A DNA stretch of 55,494 bases from Paenibacillaceae bacterium (GTDB lineage: Bacteria > Bacillota > Bacilli > Paenibacillales > JAWLCZ01): assembly GCA_041686835.1 (NCBI GenBank), contig JAWLCZ010000002.1, positions 1 to 55,494 on the forward strand, in the 5' to 3' direction. Below are positions 48,009-55,494 of this stretch, piece after piece. The position numbers and the translations under genes are program-made. Under the pieces are notes generated by a model, which saw nothing but the letters and a program-made list of their open reading frames with translations, did not search any database and was not told the origin of the DNA. Positions within the stretch are counted from its first letter, which is position 1, and the number at the start of each line of letters is the position of its first letter.

Positions 48009-48249
48009 AACTCCGGAACTCCATGTCCGGAGTTTGGCTTGACGAGAAAGTCCTACGACAAGTATTCGTTGAAAATAGGGGTGTGGGGTATCTGCCGGAA
48101 AGTTTACGGCCACCTTTAAAATCGCTGTTATTTCCGCAAAATTCATTTAAGATAACACGATTTTACCAGTGGTGGAGGCAGATACCCCCTCCCTCCATAC
48201 ATAGGACTTTCCCAATATCCTCAACTCCGGATATCAATGTCCGGAGTTT
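48009..48249. mobile_element. MITE-like rod-hairpin element flanked by a duplicated hairpin
   Basis: Nested inverted repeats 48046-55/48202-11, 48085-96/48177-88, 48110-14/48171-75, 48117-24/48158-65 and 48126-31/48152-57; AACTCCGGA-N5-ATGTCCGGAGTTT on both sides. Confidence 0.6.
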
Positions 48250-48307
48250 CTTTTGACAAAAATGCCGTCAACCTTTACCATCTTTATTATAGAAAGGGGG
48301 CGCAGAA

Positions 48308-50200
48308 GTGAACTGGATGGGCAATTTGCAGCAGTTCGGACGATCATTGATGCTGCCGATGATTGCGCTGCCGGCTGCCGCCGTTTTTATCCGGCTCGGA
48401 CATTTTCCGTGGGAAGCGATCGGCATGGAAAGATTCGGACACATTTTCATTATGGCCGGCGAATCGATCTTATATTATTTGCCCTTTATATTTGCCGTCG
48501 GCGTGGCGCTCGGCCTGACCGAAAGCGCAGGCATGGCCGGAATGGCCGCGCTGCTCGGATATTTTATCTATTATCGCGTCAGCGGATTCTACCTCGGATC
48601 GTCGTTTCATCTCGGCGTCTCCGGCGGAATCATGATCGGACTGGTGGCCGCCTTGTCGTACCACCGCTTTAAAGAGATACGGCTTCCGGAATCGATACAA
48701 TTTTTCGGGGGACCCCGCTTCGTTCCTTTGTTTGTCAGCTTCATCACGCTCCTTTTGTCTTACGTGATTATATGGGTAGGCCCGGTGATGCAGTACAATC
48801 TGGAACGGTTCGGCGCCTATTTGCTCGGTTTGGGCGGATTCGGGACCTTCGTGTACGGAGTATTGTACCGTTTGCTCGTTCCGACAGGACTTCATCATAT
48901 TTTAAACAATTTCGTCTGGTTCCAGGTCGGCTCGTATCAAAAGCCGGGCGGGCAGGTTGTGTTCGGCGATCTGCCGCGGTTTTTCGCGGGCGATCCGACC
49001 GCCGGGGGGTATATGGCCGGGCTGTATCCCATCATGATGTTCGCGCTGCCGGCCATTGCTTTGGCCATCATCCAGGAGGCCAGGGAAGATTTGAAGCCGA
49101 AGGTGAAAGCTACGTTCCTTACTGCGGCGTTGGCTTGCTTTTTAACCGGCGTCACGGAGCCGATCGAATTCGCTTTTCTGTTTGTGGCCCCGTATTTATT
49201 CATCGTTCATGCGGTATTGTCCGGCCTGTCGATGTGGATCGCGTACGCTTTGAATATCCATCACGGATTCTCGTTCTCGGCCGGCGCGATAGATTTTCTC
49301 ATTAACGAACATTTGTCTACGAACGGGTGGAGGCTGATTCCGATCGGGATCGCTTACGGTCTGCTCTATTACTTTTTATTTCGCTGGGCGATCAGACGGT
49401 TTCAAATTCCTACGCCGGGAAGGGAGGAAGGCTCCCACTTGGAAGAATGGGCCGGAGACATCCCATACCGGGCTCCTTTGATTCTGCAGGCGCTCGGCGG
49501 CAAAGACAACGTCGTGCAGGTCGAAGCCTGCATCACGCGCCTTCGCCTTACCCTCGCCAACGACAGGCTTATGGACACCGCCGCTCTCAAACATTTGGGC
49601 GCCGCCGGAATTATCCGGCTTGGCGGGGGAAACGTGCAAGTTGTGTTCGGAACGTTCTCGGAATTGATTCGCGAAGAAATGATGAAAGTGATTCGCAAAG
49701 ATGTGCGTCAGGTTCATTTTCACGCTCCGGTTCAAGGGCGGATGATACCGCTTAAGGAAGTGCCGGATGCCACATTCGCGGAAAAGCTGGTCGGCGACGG
49801 CGTCGCCTTTTTTCCGGAGCGAGGCGAACTGGTGGCCCCCGTCGCGGGGAAAATCATCCACGTTCATCCTTCGATGCATGCGCTAGGCATCGAAACGAAG
49901 GAAGGTCTCGAGGTGCTCCTTCATATCGGGATCGATACGGTCCATCTTCCGGGCAAATGGTTTACGGCGCTTGTGCAGGCCGGTGACGAAGTGGAGCCGG
50001 GACAGCCGCTGATCCGTTTTGATCATGCCAAGGTCAAAAAACATTGCAGTTCGATGGCGACACCGATGATTATTACAAACCCGGATCGGGTCAAATCATG
50101 GAGCTTCGCTCCGTTTAAAAACGTGAAAAAAGGGCAGGCATCGGTCATGTCCGTCGTTCTTAAAGAGGCTGACACAGATGGAGGTAATTCTCATGTATAA
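48308..50200 (+). CDS. PTS glucose/GlcNAc-family EIICBA transporter
   Basis: GRSLMLP, GLHH, FLTGVTEPIEF (EIIC); ACITRLR (EIIB); GDG, HALG and LLHIGIDTV (EIIA). Confidence 0.92.
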   Translation: MNWMGNLQQFGRSLMLPMIALPAAAVFIRLGHFPWEAIGMERFGHIFIMAGESILYYLPFIFAVGVALGLTESAGMAGMAALLGYFIYYRVSGFYLGSSFHLGVSGGIMIGLVAALSYHRFKEIRLPESIQFFGGPRFVPLFVSFITLLLSYVIIWVGPVMQYNLERFGAYLLGLGGFGTFVYGVLYRLLVPTGLHHILNNFVWFQVGSYQKPGGQVVFGDLPRFFAGDPTAGGYMAGLYPIMMFALPAIALAIIQEAREDLKPKVKATFLTAALACFLTGVTEPIEFAFLFVAPYLFIVHAVLSGLSMWIAYALNIHHGFSFSAGAIDFLINEHLSTNGWRLIPIGIAYGLLYYFLFRWAIRRFQIPTPGREEGSHLEEWAGDIPYRAPLILQALGGKDNVVQVEACITRLRLTLANDRLMDTAALKHLGAAGIIRLGGGNVQVVFGTFSELIREEMMKVIRKDVRQVHFHAPVQGRMIPLKEVPDATFAEKLVGDGVAFFPERGELVAPVAGKIIHVHPSMHALGIETKEGLEVLLHIGIDTVHLPGKWFTALVQAGDEVEPGQPLIRFDHAKVKKHCSSMATPMIITNPDRVKSWSFAPFKNVKKGQASVMSVVLKEADTDGGNSHV

Positions 50201-51935
50201 GGGAACAGGGGCATCATCGGGGATTGCGATCGGCAAGGCATTCGTTCTCCCAGCCTGGGAATGGGACTTTCCGGACAAAATGATTGACGTAGCCGATCTC
50301 GCTTACGAGTTTGAGCGGCTTTACGAGGGCATCCGCACTTCAAAATCGGAGCTGGAAAACATTAAAAAGGACATTTCCGAATATATCGGAAACGAAGAAT
50401 CGTCGATATTCGACGCCCATCTGGCCATATTGGAAGATCCGATCTTTATGAACGAGGTGCAGGGAATCATCCAGCGCCAATACAAGGCCGCCGAAGTCGC
50501 CGTCAAAGAAGTGATCGAGAAATTCGTGGCCATGTTCGATTTGCTGGACGACGAATATATGAAAGAGCGGGCGCTGGACATTAAGGATGTGGGCAACCGG
50601 CTTTTAAAGCATTTGCTGGGAACGCCGGAAGTGGAACTGCCGGCGGACAATCAGCCTTATATTCTGGTGGCGAAAGAATTGTCGCCTTCGCAGCTCGTTC
50701 ACCTTGATCCGGCCAATATCCTCGGCATTGTGACCATGCTCGGAGGGACGACTTCCCACTCGGCGATTATGTCGCGCGCGTTCGGGATTCCGTTTGTGCT
50801 GGGGCTGGAAGGAAAATTGGAAACCCCGATAAAGACGGGCGACCTGCTCATTATTGACGGTGATGAGGGGACGGTATTCGTCAATCCGGAGCCGGCCATT
50901 ATCGAACAATACAATATACGGAAGCAAAACTGGCTGAAGTATAAGGAAAGGCTCCAGCAAATCGCCGATGTTCCCGCGGTGACGCTTGACGGACAGGAAG
51001 TGCAGCTCGAAGCGAACATCAGTTCGTTCAAGGAACTGGATCTGGCGTTGAAAAACGGCGCATCCGGCGTAGGATTGTTTCGCACGGAATTTCTGTATAT
51101 GGATCGTCCGTCGCTGCCTCAGGAAGATGAGCAGTTCGAAGTGTACCGGCAGGTGGCCGAGAAGCTCGGCGGCAAGCCGCTCATCATTCGGACGCTCGAT
51201 ATCGGGGGCGATAAGCAGCTCGATTATTTGTCTTTGCCCGAAGAAGACAATCCTTTTCTCGGTTATCGCGCGATACGCATTTCCCTCGATCGGCACGATT
51301 TGTTCAAGACCCAGCTGAAAGCGATACTTCGGGCAAGCTGCTATGGCAACGTGAAAATTATGTACCCGATGATATCGTCGATAGATGAAGTGAGGCAGGC
51401 GAATGCCATACTGGAACAAGCCAAGCGGGAACTGCGAGACGCGCAGCAGCCCTTTAACGAGCAAATCGAGGTGGGCATCATGATCGAAGTTCCCGCGGCG
51501 GTCGCCATAGCGGATCTCCTTGCGAAAGAAGTGCAATTTTTCAGTATCGGCACCAACGACCTGATTCAATATGTGCTTGCCGTCGACCGGATGAACGAAA
51601 AAATCGCCCACCTGTACGATCCGTTTCATCCCGCGATCATCCGTATGCTGAAGAACACGGTGGAAGCCGCACAGCGCCAAGGCATACCGGTAGGCGTTTG
51701 CGGCGAACTGGCGGGGGATGTCAGGGCGCTGCCGATATGGCTCGGACTGGGCATTCGCGAATTAAGCATGTCGGCCCATTCGATTTTGTACGTGAAAAAC
51801 GGGGTGCTGGACATTCGGGAATCGGAATGCCGCCGAATTTTGCAGGACATTCTGGCATGTGAAACGGGGGAACAAATCGGCCGCATATTGCACGACGATT
51901 ACCGCCAACGTTTCCAAATAGGGGGGAGCGAATGA
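50193..51935 (+). CDS. ptsI: PEP-protein phosphotransferase (PTS enzyme I)
   Basis: GGTTSHSAIMSR, GLFRTEF, RTLDIGGDK, IGTNDL and CGE motifs. Confidence 0.95.
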   Translation: MYKGTGASSGIAIGKAFVLPAWEWDFPDKMIDVADLAYEFERLYEGIRTSKSELENIKKDISEYIGNEESSIFDAHLAILEDPIFMNEVQGIIQRQYKAAEVAVKEVIEKFVAMFDLLDDEYMKERALDIKDVGNRLLKHLLGTPEVELPADNQPYILVAKELSPSQLVHLDPANILGIVTMLGGTTSHSAIMSRAFGIPFVLGLEGKLETPIKTGDLLIIDGDEGTVFVNPEPAIIEQYNIRKQNWLKYKERLQQIADVPAVTLDGQEVQLEANISSFKELDLALKNGASGVGLFRTEFLYMDRPSLPQEDEQFEVYRQVAEKLGGKPLIIRTLDIGGDKQLDYLSLPEEDNPFLGYRAIRISLDRHDLFKTQLKAILRASCYGNVKIMYPMISSIDEVRQANAILEQAKRELRDAQQPFNEQIEVGIMIEVPAAVAIADLLAKEVQFFSIGTNDLIQYVLAVDRMNEKIAHLYDPFHPAIIRMLKNTVEAAQRQGIPVGVCGELAGDVRALPIWLGLGIRELSMSAHSILYVKNGVLDIRESECRRILQDILACETGEQIGRILHDDYRQRFQIGGSE

Positions 51936-52372
51936 GACCGGCTCCTCATGGCGGACGGATAAAGGAAATGATGAGGTGGCTGCCCGCCGTCGTTTGGATG
52001 TCCGTTATCTTTTATCTGTCGCATCAAACGGGGGACGATCTGTCCTCCTTTCTGCCTCTGTTTCAAATCTGGTTTCCGCAAATGAAAAGTTTCGATTGGG
52101 GGCATTTTGCCGCCTATTTCATCCTTGCCCTTACGTATTATTGGGCGTTCGGGAGAAAATACGCCGGTATAAAAGGAAGGCTGATGGCCGTACTGCTTTG
52201 CTTTCTGTTCGGCATAACGGACGAATATCATCAGTCTTTTGTCGACGGCCGCATGCCGGATATGATGGATCTGCGCAACGACACGATCGGAGCGGCGCTG
52301 GCCATGATTCTCGTTTCGCTGCCTCCCGTTCAGCGGGCTTATATGCAGCTGCACCGTTCCAAAAAATACTAG
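51932..52372 (+). CDS. VanZ-family membrane protein
   Basis: IFYLS, HFAAYFIL, DEYHQSFVDGR, D..ND. Confidence 0.85.
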   Translation: MRPAPHGGRIKEMMRWLPAVVWMSVIFYLSHQTGDDLSSFLPLFQIWFPQMKSFDWGHFAAYFILALTYYWAFGRKYAGIKGRLMAVLLCFLFGITDEYHQSFVDGRMPDMMDLRNDTIGAALAMILVSLPPVQRAYMQLHRSKKY

Positions 52373-52473
52373 CTCCTGTATGCACACTTTTATGAAGGAG
52401 TTCTTCTGCACGGGTCGAATATAACAGGAGCAGTTTCGCTGTTTGGTGAAGCGCAAGAAGGAGTGGGAAGGTA

Positions 52474-52914
52474 TTGCAGAAGCTGTGTACATGCGGGGAA
52501 ACGATGAATATCCGGTTATGCACGATCATTTATTCCAACAAAGTGGAAATCGAAAACGTGCCGGTATTCTCCTGCGCGAAGTGCAGACGGAGCGAAGTGT
52601 ATTCCGGCGTGAAGCCGGATTTGACGAAATTGATCGGCAAGCTGGGCCATGAGCCGGAAAAGAAGCAGCTGTACTTTAACGAAATGAATGAGCTGGCGCA
52701 TTTGATGTATAAAGCGTCAAATAAGGACGGGACGGGCGGCGCGTCCGCGGAAGAAATTGTCGAGGAGCGAATCAATCAGCTGCTTGATTTGTTGTTGTTG
52801 GCCCAATCGCTGGGCGATCAAAAGTGGGGGGAAGACATTCGCGGGCGGTTGGCGCAAATCGCCAATCTTGCTTTCACTACATACTCTCTGTTTCCGAAAC
52901 AGGGAGCGCAATGA
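52474..52914 (+). CDS. Zinc-ribbon (YgiT-type) hypothetical protein
   Basis: CTCG...IENVPVFSCAKC. Confidence 0.75.
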   Translation: MQKLCTCGETMNIRLCTIIYSNKVEIENVPVFSCAKCRRSEVYSGVKPDLTKLIGKLGHEPEKKQLYFNEMNELAHLMYKASNKDGTGGASAEEIVEERINQLLDLLLLAQSLGDQKWGEDIRGRLAQIANLAFTTYSLFPKQGAQ

Positions 52915-52953
52915 CGATTTTTGCTCCGTATGTGAATAAATTGACGCGTCACA

Positions 52954-52982
52954 TTGCGAAAAGTTTAAAATTATCGTATCAT
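52954..52982 (+). promoter_or_regulatory. sigA promoter of ccpA
   Basis: TTGCGA-N17-TATCAT. Confidence 0.6.
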
Positions 52983-53039
52983 TATTTTTAATATGACAAT
53001 GTGCGAAAAATAAACTTTTCTAAATGGAGCGAATGAACA

Positions 53040-54044
53040 GTGACCGTTACGATTTATGACGTTGCCAGAGAAGCAGGAGTTTCCATGGCTACCGTATCGA
53101 GGGTAGTCAACAACAATCCGAACGTAAAGCCGCAAACGCGCAAAAAAGTGTTTGAAGCGATTGAAAGGCTCGGCTATCGGCCCAATGCGGTAGCCAGAGG
53201 ATTAGCCAGCAAGAAGACGACGACGGTGGGCGTCGTTATACCGGATATATCGAATCCGATCTTTGCTGAAGTGGCAAGGGGAATTGAAGATATCGCCAAT
53301 ATGTACCATTACAACATCATCCTCTGCAATTCCGACAAAAAGAAGGAGAAGGAAATCCGCCTCATCAACACATTGTTGGAAAAGCAGGTGGACGGGCTTC
53401 TTTTCATGGGAGGGGCCGTTTCCGACGACCATAGGCAAGCTTTCCGAACTTCATCCGTGCCTATCGTGTTGTGCGCGACGAAGGACGACAATGAGCAGAT
53501 TCCTTCCGTCGATATCGATCACGAGTCTGCGGCTTTTGATGCCGTTAGCGCATTAATCCGGAACGGTCATCGCGAAATCGCGATGATTAGCGGTCCGCTG
53601 CAGGATCCGGCCAACGGTTACGCGCGGTTCCAAGGATACAGAAAGGCGCTGGAACAAGCGGGGATACCGTTTAAAGACGAATATGTGCGGATAGGGAATT
53701 ACCGCTACGAATCAGGGATGGAAGTCATGAAATACTTCCTCGGACTGAAAATCCGGCCTACCGCAGTGTTTTCGGCCACGGACGAAATGGCGATTGGGGC
53801 GATACACACCGTTCAGGACCACGGCTTGAAAGTTCCCGACGACATATCGGTGATCGCCGTGGACAACATTCATATGGCGTCCATGGTAAGGCCGCAGCTT
53901 ACGACGGTAGCCCAACCGATGTACGATATCGGCGCCGTATCGATGAGGCTGCTTACCAAGCTGATGAATAAAGAAAATGTGGACAACCCTATCGTCGTGC
54001 TGCCCCATGAACTGATAGAACGCAAATCGGTGGCTCATTTATAA
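53040..54044 (+). CDS. ccpA: Catabolite control protein A
   Basis: [43 protein letters not shown] and [16 protein letters not shown] motifs. Confidence 0.97.
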   Translation: MTVTIYDVAREAGVSMATVSRVVNNNPNVKPQTRKKVFEAIERLGYRPNAVARGLASKKTTTVGVVIPDISNPIFAEVARGIEDIANMYHYNIILCNSDKKKEKEIRLINTLLEKQVDGLLFMGGAVSDDHRQAFRTSSVPIVLCATKDDNEQIPSVDIDHESAAFDAVSALIRNGHREIAMISGPLQDPANGYARFQGYRKALEQAGIPFKDEYVRIGNYRYESGMEVMKYFLGLKIRPTAVFSATDEMAIGAIHTVQDHGLKVPDDISVIAVDNIHMASMVRPQLTTVAQPMYDIGAVSMRLLTKLMNKENVDNPIVVLPHELIERKSVAHL

Positions 54045-54086
54045 TGAGCCGCTTTCTTTTGAATTTCATCCGGAGGAGGATTTGGC

Positions 54087-54788
54087 GTGAAGCTGTCAAC
54101 GATCGGCTTAATCGGCGCAATGAATGAAGAAATCGAATTGATCTACAAGAGGCTGGAAAACAGCAAAACGACCATAAAGGCGGGTATACAGTTTCACGAA
54201 GGGGGCTTTTGCGGCAAGCGGGTCGTATTGTGCAAATCGGGGGTAGGAAAAGTGAACGCCGCGGTTTGCACGCAAATTTTAATCGATCATTTTGCCGTGG
54301 ACGGCATTATTTTCACCGGTGTCGCCGGCGCGCTTGATCCGTCGCTGGACATCGGCGATATCGTCATTTCGACCGAGTGCGTCCAGCACGACATGGATGC
54401 GACGGCGTTAGGTTTTGCCAGAGGCGTCATTCCTTTCGCGGAAACGTCCGTATTCGTCGCGAATCCCGTTCTTGTGCAAGCGGCCTACGAATCGAGCTGC
54501 AAGCTGTTTGCCGGCCGGACGTTGAAAGGCAGAATTTTGTCGGGAGATCGGTTCATTGCCGACCGCGATGAGGTGAGAAAGCTCCACGAAGAGCTGGGCG
54601 GCGCTTGTACGGAGATGGAAGGGGCGGCGGTCGCTCAAGTGTGCGCGATGAACGATGTGCCGTTTGTCGTCATTCGCTCGATGTCCGATAAAGCGGACGG
54701 TTCGGCCCATATCAATTTTGCGGAGTTTACGGTGCGGGCATCGGAACATTCATGCCGGATTGTGGAACAGATGATGCAGAATCTGTAA
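54087..54788 (+). CDS. mtnN: MTA/SAH nucleosidase
   Basis: IGAMNEE, SGVGKVNA, TGVAG, EMEGAA and RSMSDKA motifs. Confidence 0.95.
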   Translation: MKLSTIGLIGAMNEEIELIYKRLENSKTTIKAGIQFHEGGFCGKRVVLCKSGVGKVNAAVCTQILIDHFAVDGIIFTGVAGALDPSLDIGDIVISTECVQHDMDATALGFARGVIPFAETSVFVANPVLVQAAYESSCKLFAGRTLKGRILSGDRFIADRDEVRKLHEELGGACTEMEGAAVAQVCAMNDVPFVVIRSMSDKADGSAHINFAEFTVRASEHSCRIVEQMMQNL

Positions 54789-54854
54789 GGTATGGTATAA
54801 TGTATTTTGCCATCCATCATTCATTTTTTGACAGTGCCGTTTTATAATGATCGA

Positions 54855-54881
54855 TGAAAGCGTTTTTGGAAAGCGCTTCAA
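54855..54881. promoter_or_regulatory. Tandem cre sites upstream of acsA
   Basis: TGAAAGCGTTTTTG and GGAAAGCGCTTCAA just downstream of TATAAT (54843-54848). Confidence 0.75.
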
Positions 54882-54931
54882 CGACATGCCGGTGGGCGAA
54901 GTCCGGCGCAAAACATACGGGAGGGGTAGTA

Positions 54932-55494
54932 ATGAGCAACGCTATTGAAATCATCGAGGCGGTGGCCGAGCGTCCGAACATGGCGGATTACGAGCAGGAA
55001 CGCGCGCAATTTCGCTGGGAAGATGTTGAAAAAGAGTTTTCCTGGCACAAAACCGGAAAAGTGAACATGGGTTACGAACTGATTGACCGTCATGCCGAAT
55101 CCTCGCGAAAAGATAAAATCGCCTTATATTACAGCGACGATCAGAGAGACGAAAAATATACGTTTGCGGAATTGAAAAGCAAATCGAATCAGTTCGGCAA
55201 CGTGCTGCGGAAGCTCGGAATCCAAAAAGGGGATCGCGTCTTTATTTTCATGCCGAGAACGCCCGAATTGTATATTGCTTTAATCGGGGCCATAAAAATC
55301 GGCGCCGTCGTAGGTCCGTTATTCGAGGCGTTCATGACGGCCGCCGTCAAAGACCGGCTGGAAGACAGCGGCGCCGTCGCCATCGTCACGACGCCGGCTT
55401 TGTTGCCGAGGGTTCCGGTTGACGAGCTTCCGGAATTGAAGCACGTTATCCTGGTCGGACACGATCTGAAGCTGCAGGAAGGACAGATCGATTA
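54932..55494 (+). CDS. acsA: Acetate-CoA ligase, 5' part (truncated by the window end)
   Basis: FSWHKTGKVNMGYELIDRH, KGDRVFIFMPRTPELY and GPLFEAFM match Bacillus AcsA; RBS GGGAGGGG. Confidence 0.93.
   Translation, partial: MSNAIEIIEAVAERPNMADYEQERAQFRWEDVEKEFSWHKTGKVNMGYELIDRHAESSRKDKIALYYSDDQRDEKYTFAELKSKSNQFGNVLRKLGIQKGDRVFIFMPRTPELYIALIGAIKIGAVVGPLFEAFMTAAVKDRLEDSGAVAIVTTPALLPRVPVDELPELKHVILVGHDLKLQEGQID

Noticed and set aside
51932-52372. Glycopeptide resistance locus
   Set aside because: VanZ-like genes are widespread; no other van genes present

Overview
Chromosomal window from an endospore-forming Bacillota, most likely Paenibacillaceae (judged from protein similarities and gene order). 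Positions ~1-4620 look like the end of a prophage or integrative element inserted at the 3' end of tRNA-Val(GAC). This part is visibly more AT-rich at its left end and carries a SAM-methyltransferase-like gene, an APH-family kinase, a frameshifted secreted PLD nuclease, an ATP-dependent DNA ligase and a YhjD-like gene with LexA boxes. The rest is host backbone plus metabolic islets: (1) a GGDEF-histidine kinase fusion next to a Spo0E-like phosphatase; (2) two YheC/D ATP-grasp genes coupled to a KamA-family aminomutase, upstream of speA; (3) an MDR-SDR-LarA-PhyH operon; (4) a TetR/ABC-2 exporter; (5) a two-component system with ycnI, a PCYCGC lipoprotein and mntH; (6) an exuR-gntE-gntK-uxuB-gndA sugar-acid cluster; (7) aroK/aroA, spore genes, a MITE-like rod hairpin, PTS EIICBA-ptsI, ccpA, mtnN and the start of acsA. 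The best candidate for an undescribed system is the ATP-grasp pair plus the aminomutase, whose substrate-pocket residues point to an acidic substrate (beta-glutamate ligation or polymer). The LarA-PhyH operon, whose oxygenase has HxG instead of HxD, comes second. All family calls are from motif recognition by eye; no searches were run.
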